Part shown: positions 35,668 to 42,871 of the stretch, piece by piece
Layout: each line of letters opens with the position of its first letter
Numbering within the stretch: the stretch's first letter is position 1
Assembly (NCBI GenBank): GCA_964450565.1
Contig: CAYVCP010000001.1
Span: forward strand, 15,073-57,943
Length of the DNA: 42,871 nt
Reading direction: 5' to 3'
Source of the DNA: an uncultured Candidatus Saccharibacteria bacterium
GTDB taxonomy: Bacteria > Patescibacteriota > Minisyncoccia > Minisyncoccales > CG1-02-41-26
Made by a program: the position numbers and the translations under genes
The notes under the pieces: generated by a model
Told to the model about the DNA's origin: nothing
What the model saw: only the letters and a program-made list of their open reading frames with translations
Database searches by the model: none

Positions 35668-37347
35668 ATGGAAGAAGAAATTAATTTTTTTGGTAGAACA
35701 ACTTTTAGGAATGAAAATAAGAAGTTTGGTATTAAATGCGACGATAGAAGGCGTCATGTTTATGTTATTGGAAAAACTGGAATGGGAAAAACTAACCTTC
35801 TCAAAGTAATGGCTATTCAAGATATTAAGAATGGTCATGGCGTTGGTTTTGTGGATCCTCATGGAGAGGCAGCTGAAGAATTACTTGAATATGTGCCCAA
35901 AGATAGAATGAAAGATGTCGTTTACTTCAATCCAGCAGATAGAGATTTTCCTATCAGTTTTAATGTAATGGAGAATGTAGCGCCTGAATTAAGACATTTA
36001 GTTGCTTCTGGATTAATGGGTGTGTTTAAAAAAATATGGCCCGATGTATGGTCAGCAAGAATGGAATATATTCTTCATAATTGTATTTTAGCATTACTGG
36101 AGCATCCAACTACTACTCTTCTTGGTATTAATAGAATGCTTTCTGATTCAGATTATAGAAGCTTGGTTGTTGAGGGAATAACAGATCCTGTGATTAAAGC
36201 TTTTTGGACCCAGGAATTTTCAAGATATACCCAGAGATACGAAGTTGAAGCGACTGCTGCTATTCAAAATAAAATTGGGCAATTTATTTCTTCTCCTTTA
36301 ATTAGGAATATTATAGGACAAGTTGAATCAAGCATAGATATTAGAAAGTTGATGGATGAAAGAAAGATTTTAATATTTAATTTATCCAAGGGAAGGATAG
36401 GGGAGGACTGTTCAAAATTATTAGGTGGTCTTTTAATTACTAAACTGCAATTGGCTGCCATGTCTAGAGTTGATATCAAAGAAGAGGAAAGACAAGACTT
36501 TTTCTTATATGTAGACGAATTTCAAAATTTTGCAACAGAATCATTCACTAATATTCTTTCTGAAGCTAGGAAGTATAGACTAAGTTTAATTTTAGGACAT
36601 CAATACATAGCTCAAATGGAAGATCCCGTAAGAGATGCTGTTTTTGGAAACGTTGGTACTCTTATTACTTTTAGGGTTGGAGCTGAAGATGCTGAGTTTT
36701 TAGAAAGAGAATTTCAACCTTATTTTACAGCTCAAGATTTAGTAAATTTACCCAAATGGCAGATATATTTAAAGCTTATTGTTGATGGAGTAGCTGGAAA
36801 TCCTTTTTCCGCTCAAACATTAGAGCCTTTTTCAGAACCAGAAAAGTCTTATAAAAATGAAATTATTAATTTCTGTAGAGGAAACTATGCTTCTCCGAGA
36901 GAAATAGTGGAAAAAAGAATTAGTAAATGGTCTGATAATTTTGCTCATAGTAATAAAGAAGAAACAAAAAAAGAGGTAGAAATGTTTGAAGTTCAATGCA
37001 AGGAGTGTGGTAAGTGGACCAGGGTACCATTTAAACCAAAACCAGATAGGCCAGTTTACTGTAAGACATGTTTAAAGAAATTAGAGAACGAAAAGGTTAA
37101 ACAACCAGAAAAAGAAGAAAAACAACCAGAAAAAGAAGAAAAACAACCAGAAAAAGAAGAAAAACAATTAGAGAAAGAGAATGTATTTTCCTTAGAACAA
37201 CTTTTAACGAAAAAACCAATATCTTTTTCTAAAAAACAACAAGAGAGAAAAGAGCTTGATAAAGAAAAACTTAAGCAAGTTTTAAGAGATTCTTTAAAAG
37301 ATTCTAAAAAGCAAAAAATAGAACCTGGTGACACAATTAAATTTTAA
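35668..37347 (+). CDS. VirD4/TraD/TraG-like (type IV coupling protein family) P-loop NTPase with a C-terminal CxxC...CxxC zinc ribbon and a Lys/Glu-rich repeat tail
   Basis: Walker A YVIGKTGMGKTN, GFVDPHGE, Walker B-like FFLYVDEFQNF, and the TraG-D_C-like EARKYRLSLILGHQYIAQM. Zinc ribbon CKECGKWTRVPFKPKPDRPVYCKTC at 36997-37071. Confidence 0.7.
   Translation: MEEEINFFGRTTFRNENKKFGIKCDDRRRHVYVIGKTGMGKTNLLKVMAIQDIKNGHGVGFVDPHGEAAEELLEYVPKDRMKDVVYFNPADRDFPISFNVMENVAPELRHLVASGLMGVFKKIWPDVWSARMEYILHNCILALLEHPTTTLLGINRMLSDSDYRSLVVEGITDPVIKAFWTQEFSRYTQRYEVEATAAIQNKIGQFISSPLIRNIIGQVESSIDIRKLMDERKILIFNLSKGRIGEDCSKLLGGLLITKLQLAAMSRVDIKEEERQDFFLYVDEFQNFATESFTNILSEARKYRLSLILGHQYIAQMEDPVRDAVFGNVGTLITFRVGAEDAEFLEREFQPYFTAQDLVNLPKWQIYLKLIVDGVAGNPFSAQTLEPFSEPEKSYKNEIINFCRGNYASPREIVEKRISKWSDNFAHSNKEETKKEVEMFEVQCKECGKWTRVPFKPKPDRPVYCKTCLKKLENEKVKQPEKEEKQPEKEEKQPEKEEKQLEKENVFSLEQLLTKKPISFSKKQQERKELDKEKLKQVLRDSLKDSKKQKIEPGDTIKF
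37099..37182 (+). repeat. in-frame 21-bp tandem repeat (3 perfect copies plus 1 degenerate copy) encoding (KQPEKEE)3-KQLEKEN
   Basis: AAACAACCAGAAAAAGAAGAA occurs at 37099-37119, 37120-37140 and 37141-37161. A fourth copy at 37162-37182 has 6 mismatches. Confidence 0.9.
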
Positions 37348-38494
37348 AACCTTAAAAGATTTTAACTTTGACGGAAAAAGAGCATTATTAAGATGCGATT
37401 TTAACGTTTCCATAAAGAAGGGAGTTGTTTTGGATGATTTTAGAATTAAGAGAGTATTAAAAACGATAAGTTATTTACAACAACAAGGAGCAAAAATAGT
37501 TTTAATTAGTCATTTAGGAAGACCTTCTAGAAAAAAGAAGAGCAATAGCTTGAAACCGGTTGCTTTATATTTAGAAAATTTATTGCAAGTTAAAATTAAG
37601 TTTGCTAAAACGATTAAACCAGCCATTAGAAAGACTAAAAAGTTAAAAGCTGGAGAAATCCTTATGTTAGAAAATTTAAGATTTCATAAGGGAGAGACAA
37701 GGAATGATAAAGGTTTTGCCAAAAAGCTTTCTTTATTAGGAGATATTTACGTGGCTGAAGCTTTTTCTGTGAGCCACAGAAACCACGCTTCTATAACTTC
37801 TTTACCAGAATTAATGCCAAGGTGTTTAGGTTTTGAGTTTATGAAAGAAATTAAGGTATTATCTGAATTATCTTCTGATCCCAAAAGACCTTTTTGTGTT
37901 ATTATAGGTGGGTCAAAAGTAGATTCAAAGGTTCAGGTCATAGAGCGTTTTTTAAAGAAAGCAGACCATATCTTACTAGGGGGTAAAATAGCGAATGTTG
38001 TATTGGGGGCTAAGGGGATTTCAATTGGACAACCATTTCCCAAAAAAGAAATATTAAAAATTATTAGAAATTTTAATTTAACCAATCTAAAAATGCACCT
38101 TCCCTTAGATGTTGTGGTTTCTTCAAGAGAACGATCATACATAAGAGAATCTGGTCCAGGAAATGTTAGAAAGGATGAAAGTATTTTTGATATTGGACCA
38201 GAAACAGTAGATGTCTTTTCTGATATTATTAAAGAATCAAAATCTATTTTTTTCTCTGGTGTTTTAGGTCTTGTAGAAGATGAAAGATTTGCTTTGGGAA
38301 CAAAAAAAATCATTAAAGCTATATGTGAAAATAATCAAGGCTCTCTAAAAGTAGCTGGTGGGGGAGACACTATTGCTTTTATCAGAAAATATAATTTAGA
38401 AAATTATTTTTCTTTTCTCTCTACGGGTGGTAGTGCTTTTTTGGGATTTTTGGCAGGAAAGAAAATGCCTGGAATTGAAAGTTTAAAATCATGA
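37328..38494 (+). CDS. pgk: phosphoglycerate kinase
   Basis: GKRALLRCDFNV, ISHLGRP, LENLRFHKGE, FSVSHRNHAS, GGSKVDSK, GGGDT. The GTG start at 37328 overlaps the upstream gene by 20 nt, and there is no in-frame ATG before the conserved N-terminus. Confidence 0.9.
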   Translation: MTQLNFKTLKDFNFDGKRALLRCDFNVSIKKGVVLDDFRIKRVLKTISYLQQQGAKIVLISHLGRPSRKKKSNSLKPVALYLENLLQVKIKFAKTIKPAIRKTKKLKAGEILMLENLRFHKGETRNDKGFAKKLSLLGDIYVAEAFSVSHRNHASITSLPELMPRCLGFEFMKEIKVLSELSSDPKRPFCVIIGGSKVDSKVQVIERFLKKADHILLGGKIANVVLGAKGISIGQPFPKKEILKIIRNFNLTNLKMHLPLDVVVSSRERSYIRESGPGNVRKDESIFDIGPETVDVFSDIIKESKSIFFSGVLGLVEDERFALGTKKIIKAICENNQGSLKVAGGGDTIAFIRKYNLENYFSFLSTGGSAFLGFLAGKKMPGIESLKS

Positions 38495-39615
38495 AAGAAA
38501 TTAAGAATTTAAAAAAAGCAGCGAAAAGAATTCAAAAAGCCATAAAAAAAGATGAAAAAATTATTCTCTTTGGTGATGGCGATTTAGATGGAGCGACTTC
38601 TTTGCTTATTTTAGAAGAATCTATTAATAGCTTAGGAAAGCAAGTGGCTGTGAAATATTTTCCTGACAGAGAGAAAGAGGGATATGGATTGAATAAAATT
38701 GCATTAGAAAAATTATCTTATTTGACTCCTTGTCTATTAATTAATTTAGACTCTGGGATAGCTAGTTTTAAAGAACTAACCCTTGCAAAGAAGATGGGGT
38801 TTGAAGTTATTGTGATAGATCATCATGAAGTTTTAGATAGAGTACCAAAAGATGCTTTAATTATAGATCCTAAACAAGATGGTGATAAGCACGAGTTTAA
38901 AAAATTAAGCACCTCAAGTATTGCATATCGTTTATCTAAAATTTTAGTAGAAAACATGAGTAATGAATTAGACAAGAGCTTTATGGAGCTATCAGCTTTA
39001 GGAGTAATTGCCGATATGATGCCAGAGGAATCAACAAACAAATATGTTATTGATCACGGCGTAGTTTCTATCTTTTCTTCTTTCAGGATCGGTTTTAAGG
39101 TTTTGCAAGACTTGTTACAAGAGGACTGTCAAAGATCTTTTTTTTCTAAAATGGTAGGTATTTTAAATATCACAGAAATAAAAGATAATTTAACGCAAAC
39201 ATATGTTTTGTTGTCGTCAACAGATTATAAAAAAGCTAAAGAGTTAGCCCGTCAATTAATATTGTCTGCACAAAGAAGAAAGGAAGAAACAAAAGAAACA
39301 GCTAATAGTATTGTTTCTGATTCTAATATAGTATTTGAAGGGGATCCTAATTGGAAACAGTCTTTGACTGGAGCCATTGCTTCAAGGGTATGTAATAAAG
39401 AGCACAAACCTACTTTTATTTTTAAACTAGGAAAAGAAAAAAGCAGGGGTTCTGTAAGAATGCCAAAAGGATTAAATGCTGTTGAGGCAATGAAGTCTTG
39501 TGAACATCTTTTAATAATGTATGGAGGACATCCTCCGGCAGCGGGATTTTCTTTAGCAAACGAAAATATAGATAAGTTTAAGGAGTGTTTAGAAAAATAT
39601 TTTAAAAATATATGA
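38491..39615 (+). CDS. recJ: DHH/DHHA1 phosphoesterase, short RecJ-like single-strand exonuclease
   Basis: ILFGDGDLDGATSLLIL (motifs I/II), VIVIDHH (DHH), GVIADMMP, GGHPPAAGFS (DHHA1). At 374 aa it is shorter than classical RecJ. Confidence 0.6.
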   Translation: MKEIKNLKKAAKRIQKAIKKDEKIILFGDGDLDGATSLLILEESINSLGKQVAVKYFPDREKEGYGLNKIALEKLSYLTPCLLINLDSGIASFKELTLAKKMGFEVIVIDHHEVLDRVPKDALIIDPKQDGDKHEFKKLSTSSIAYRLSKILVENMSNELDKSFMELSALGVIADMMPEESTNKYVIDHGVVSIFSSFRIGFKVLQDLLQEDCQRSFFSKMVGILNITEIKDNLTQTYVLLSSTDYKKAKELARQLILSAQRRKEETKETANSIVSDSNIVFEGDPNWKQSLTGAIASRVCNKEHKPTFIFKLGKEKSRGSVRMPKGLNAVEAMKSCEHLLIMYGGHPPAAGFSLANENIDKFKECLEKYFKNI

Positions 39616-40031
39616 AAACAATAATTCAAATAGACGGGGGTTCAAGGGGAAATCCTGGAAAATCAGCTTTTGGAGTTGTCTTTCCTAATCAATCTTTTTC
39701 TCAAGTTTTAGGTATAAAAACCAATAATGAAGCTGAATACAGTGGATTGATTTTTGCTTTGAAAAAGATTAAATCAGTATATGGTAAGGTAAAGTCAAAG
39801 AACATGGAAATTGAAATTCAATCCGATTCTGAGCTTTTGGTCAAACAAATGAATGGAGAATATAAGGTAAAAAATGAATCAATCCAGAAACTTTTTCTCC
39901 TTGCATGGAACCTGAAGATTGATTATAAAAATCTTATCATATCGCATATTCCGAGAGAAAATAATAAGAAAGCAGACGCTTTAGTTAATCAAGTTTTAGA
40001 TAGCGAAAGAAAGAACCAAAAACTTTTTTAA
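39612..40031 (+). CDS. rnhA: ribonuclease HI family protein
   Basis: IQIDGGSRGNPG (Asp), TNNEAEYSGLIFAL (Glu), IQSDSELLVKQMNGEY (Asp), NKKADALVN (Asp). This is the DEDD RNase H fold. Confidence 0.8.
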   Translation: MKTIIQIDGGSRGNPGKSAFGVVFPNQSFSQVLGIKTNNEAEYSGLIFALKKIKSVYGKVKSKNMEIEIQSDSELLVKQMNGEYKVKNESIQKLFLLAWNLKIDYKNLIISHIPRENNKKADALVNQVLDSERKNQKLF

Positions 40032-40039
40032 AAGATATT

Positions 40040-40678
40040 ATGATTCTTATTATTGACTTTGATGGTGTTATCCTTGACTCTTTTACTTGTAGTAAAAACA
40101 ATATTTTAAAAGTAGCTACTAAGCTTAATTTGCCATTTCCCAAGGAAACAGACTTTATTAACTATTGGGGGAAAGAATGGTCTTCTTTTCTTTTGTCTGT
40201 TTGGCCAAACATTGATGTAAAGCTTTTTAATAAAACATTTAACGCAATGAATTTGCATCAAGAAAGAATCCCTAGTATTGAAGGAGCTGTTCAAGTTTTA
40301 AAAGATTTATCAAAAAAATATTATTTAGCGATGGTAACGAATAGGGGGTGGGACACATTATCAAAAAAAGCAAAAGATATAGATCTTGATCTCAGCTTGT
40401 TTCAGTTTGTGCAAGCATTTGAAGATACGCCATTTGAAAAACCAGACTCTCGTGTTTTTAATAAATTACTCTTAAAAATGTCAAAAATGAAAGAAACAAA
40501 GGCAATTTTTGTTGGAGATACAGTTCACGATTTTGGGGCTTGTGATGTAATTCCAGAGATAGATTTTATAGGAGTTCTAACTGGTCCAACAAAAAAAGAA
40601 ACATTTTTATCTTTAGGGGTGAGAGAAGACAACTTACTTTTAAGCATTAAAGAGCTACCTTTTTGGTTAAAGTCTTGA
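40040..40678 (+). CDS. HAD-superfamily hydrolase (phosphoglycolate phosphatase-like)
   Basis: Motif I IIDFDGVILDS (DxD), motif II MVTNR, motif IV VGDTVHD. Confidence 0.75.
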   Translation: MILIIDFDGVILDSFTCSKNNILKVATKLNLPFPKETDFINYWGKEWSSFLLSVWPNIDVKLFNKTFNAMNLHQERIPSIEGAVQVLKDLSKKYYLAMVTNRGWDTLSKKAKDIDLDLSLFQFVQAFEDTPFEKPDSRVFNKLLLKMSKMKETKAIFVGDTVHDFGACDVIPEIDFIGVLTGPTKKETFLSLGVREDNLLLSIKELPFWLKS

Positions 40679-40709
40679 TTTTTTGATATTTTTTTGTTAT
40701 ATTCACATT

Positions 40710-41046
40710 GCCTGAGCAGGCAAGACAATCGCTCTCTAAATTTTTTTAGAGGGAGGAAAGTCCGAACATCCACTTTGTTAAAAAGTAGCATGGTAGCGGG
40801 TAACGCCCGTCGGGAGTAATCCTAGAGGTGCGATTAGAGACGCCTTTTTTTGCAAAGAAAAAGGCCCCTTAGGGGTGAGCTTTTGGGAAACCTAAAGTTG
40901 AAACGGCTAAATCCTTACCTGGATGCAAGAACAAAGTCTTCGGCGTTCTCCGGATTCGCCGAAGATAAAAAGTAGTTCGCATTAGATAAATGATTGTCAC
41001 TCAGCTTTGTGCTGAGAACAGAATTCGGCTTATTGCCTGCTTGAGC
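40710..41046 (+). ncRNA. rnpB: RNase P RNA, bacterial type A (ends approximate, +/-5 nt)
   Basis: 5' P4 strand GAGGAAAGTCCG (about 40752-40763) and 3' P4 strand ACAGAATTCGGCTTA (about 41018-41032). The P1 helix pairs GAGCAGGCAA (40714-40723) with TTGCCTGCTT (41033-41042), and there is a GGTAACGCC-type P10/11 region. The segment is GC-enriched in an AT-rich context. Confidence 0.9.
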
Positions 41047-41068
41047 TTTTTTGTTTACAATAGATGAT

Positions 41069-42700
41069 ATGATAAGCAAGATACTGCACTCAAAAACTAA
41101 AACAGTAACATTTGCTGCTTTTTTATTATTATCCTTTTCTTTTTTAAGTAGAGTTCTTGGTCTTTTAAGGAATAATCTTTTGGGTAATATTTTTCCTAAT
41201 GCTGATGTTGATGTCTATTTGGCTGCCTTTAGAATACCAGATCTTTTGTATGGAATTTTAATAACAGGAGGAATCGTATCAGCTTTTCTGCCTGTTTTCT
41301 CTTCTTTTTTTAAAAAAGGAGAAAAAGAAGCACAAGACTTAGTAAGAAATATCTTTACTATTTTTTTACTGGTTTTAATTGTGTTATCTTTTTTATTGTT
41401 TCTACTAGCTCCTTTCTTAGCTAAACTTATAGTTCCTGGTTTTGATTTAGAACAAAGAGCTTTAACAGTTCAATTGATGAGAATAATGTTTTTGAGCCCA
41501 ATATTGTTAGGAGGATCTGCTATTCTTTCTGGTGTTTTACAATATTTTAATCTATTCTTATCTTATGCTTTAGCTCCTATTTTTTATAACATAGGAATTA
41601 TTGCAGGTATTTTGTTTTTAGCTCCTTATCTTGGTTTAAGAGGAGTTGCTATTGGGGTTATTATTGGAGCTTTGTTGCATTTTTTAATACAACTCCCTGC
41701 TTTTTTTAAAGCAGGTTTTAGTTTAAAACCTCTTTTTAGGTTTAAACAAGATGGGTTGAAACAAATATTTTCTTTAATGTTACCAAGAACGATTGGTTCT
41801 ATGGCACATCATTTTAATCTAATCGTAACAACAGCTATAGCCTCTACTCTAGCTACTGGTTCTATTATGGTTTTTGGTTTTTCTAGTGATCTTTATTGGG
41901 CACCCCTTGGTTTAATTGGAGTTTCTTTCGCTGTAGCTTCTTTTCCAGCTTTAAGTCGTAATTTTGCAGAGAAGAATAAAAAAGAATTTTTAAGTAATTT
42001 TTCTTCTGTATTCTCTCATATTATTTTTCTTTCTATCCCTTTAAGTTTTTTATTATTTATTTTCAGAGCTCAAATTGTAAGACTACTGTATGGAACAAGA
42101 TTTATGGGTACTGGTTATTTCTCATGGCAAGCGACAAAGCTTACAGCAGCAAGCCTTGGTATTCTTACCATTTCTGTTGTTTCTGGTTGTTTGGTCGCTT
42201 TTTTATCAAGAGTTTTTTATTCTTTATGTGATACAAAAACACCTGTCAAAATAGCTGTTTTGTGTGTTATTTTGAATATAGTTTTTTGTTTTCTTTTTGT
42301 CTATGTTTTACAACAAGAAAATTTCTTTTCTAACTTCATAAGCTTTTTTTTGAAAGTAGAAAGTGGTATTGAAGTTTTAGGGTTAAGTTTGGCTCTTTCC
42401 CTGTCCTCTTTGTTGCATTTTTTCTTTCTATACTTTTTTCTGAAAAAGAAATTAAGAGAGATAAGGTTTGATAAGATTGTTTTTTATAAGGTAATTACTT
42501 CTTCATTTTTTGCTTCTTTATTGGGCTATCTTTCTTTAAGAGTGTTTGATTTTGGGACACAAACAGTAGTTGGTCTTTTTCTACAACTTTTTCTTTCTTT
42601 CATTGTTGCGTTATGTTTCTTTCTTTTGTTTTCTTTTCTGTTAAACTCAAAAGAGCTGAAAGAAACTGTTCAGTCTTTAAAAAAACAATTTAGAAAATGA
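41069..42700 (+). CDS. murJ: lipid II flippase MurJ (MviN)
   Basis: [44 protein letters not shown] and about 14 TM segments. Start set at ATG 41069. The ORF track uses TTG 41051, only 4 nt after the rnpB 3' end. Confidence 0.85.
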   Translation: MISKILHSKTKTVTFAAFLLLSFSFLSRVLGLLRNNLLGNIFPNADVDVYLAAFRIPDLLYGILITGGIVSAFLPVFSSFFKKGEKEAQDLVRNIFTIFLLVLIVLSFLLFLLAPFLAKLIVPGFDLEQRALTVQLMRIMFLSPILLGGSAILSGVLQYFNLFLSYALAPIFYNIGIIAGILFLAPYLGLRGVAIGVIIGALLHFLIQLPAFFKAGFSLKPLFRFKQDGLKQIFSLMLPRTIGSMAHHFNLIVTTAIASTLATGSIMVFGFSSDLYWAPLGLIGVSFAVASFPALSRNFAEKNKKEFLSNFSSVFSHIIFLSIPLSFLLFIFRAQIVRLLYGTRFMGTGYFSWQATKLTAASLGILTISVVSGCLVAFLSRVFYSLCDTKTPVKIAVLCVILNIVFCFLFVYVLQQENFFSNFISFFLKVESGIEVLGLSLALSLSSLLHFFFLYFFLKKKLREIRFDKIVFYKVITSSFFASLLGYLSLRVFDFGTQTVVGLFLQLFLSFIVALCFFLLFSFLLNSKELKETVQSLKKQFRK

Positions 42701-42871
42701 AACAATTTAATTTTTCCATTATTTCTCATATTGATCATGGTAAATCAACCTTAGCTGATAGATTTTTGGAAATTACAGGAAGGCTCAAGGAAGCAAAGGG
42801 GCAGGTTTTAGATTCTATGGATTTAGAAAAAGAAAAGGGGATTACCATTAAGATGCATCCTGTGAGGTTGA
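42697..42871 (+). CDS. lepA: translation elongation factor 4 (LepA), 5' partial; continues beyond the window
   Basis: [28 protein letters not shown]...[18 protein letters not shown] carries the G1 motif (HIDHGKST) and the LepA-typical N-terminus. ATGA overlap with the murJ stop. Confidence 0.85.
   Translation, partial: MKQFNFSIISHIDHGKSTLADRFLEITGRLKEAKGQVLDSMDLEKEKGITIKMHPVRL

Noticed and set aside
37099-37182. Possible CRISPR-like repeat array
   Set aside because: The 21-bp units are directly contiguous with no spacers. They are in frame inside a CDS and encode a KQPEKEE peptide repeat. No cas genes are present.
37056-37334. 92-aa minus-strand ORF rich in Ser/Phe/Cys
   Set aside because: It is the antisense reading of the Lys/Glu-rich repeat tail of the ATPase gene, and is a low-complexity by-product of AAG/GAA repeats.
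40525-40791. 88-aa minus-strand ORF
   Set aside because: It overlaps the 3' end of the HAD hydrolase gene and the 5' part of RNase P RNA. The RNase P assignment explains this sequence.
1-42871. Alternative genetic code (UGA recoded, as in some CPR lineages)
   Set aside because: Many full-length, family-typical ORFs terminate at TGA exactly where homologues end, often in ATGA junctions (for example 2169-2172, 4769-4772, 13685-13688, 42697-42700). The standard bacterial code fits.

Overview
The window is a visibly AT-rich, very gene-dense bacterial fragment. Genes have tiny or negative intergenic spacing, and many start/stop junctions are ATGA or TAATG overlaps. The gene content suggests a Patescibacteria/CPR-type genome, but this is inference only: short RecJ-like DHH protein, O-antigen-ligase/TPR fusion, sigma-region-4/HARE-HTH protein, orphan VirD4-like ATPase with a CxxC...CxxC tail.

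Layout:
(1) 1-19.9 kb is a large cell-surface glycan locus. It holds a GDP-mannose dehydratase/reductase pair, glycosyltransferases and three SAM methyltransferases. These are followed by a pseudaminic-acid-type nonulosonic acid cluster (pseB, pseC, pseH, pseI, a cytidylyltransferase, and a Pse-associated methylase). The cluster also carries a formyltransferase and a PIG-L::FolD fusion. After it come a frameshifted Wzx flippase, a GT2 and a polyprenyl-phosphate sugar phosphotransferase.
(2) 19.9-22.2 kb is a small accessory islet. It has an HNH nuclease, an XRE-HTH/Panacea(DUF4065) antitoxin-like gene, a RelE/ParE-like toxin, and a tightly coupled CYTH-domain gene.
(3) 22.3-25.4 kb has an O-antigen-ligase-like/TPR membrane protein and another methyltransferase.
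(4) 25.4-42.9 kb is housekeeping: murB, secA, secD, secF, pgk, a recJ-like gene, an RNase HI gene, a HAD hydrolase, RNase P RNA, murJ, and the lepA 5' end. It is interrupted by a type II R-M pair between secA and secDF. It also contains a conserved-looking pair of a membrane-anchored protein and a VirD4/TraD-like P-loop ATPase.

No rRNA, tRNA, CRISPR array, transposase or integrase was recognised. All calls come from motif recognition in the supplied translations and direct reading of the DNA; no searches were run.
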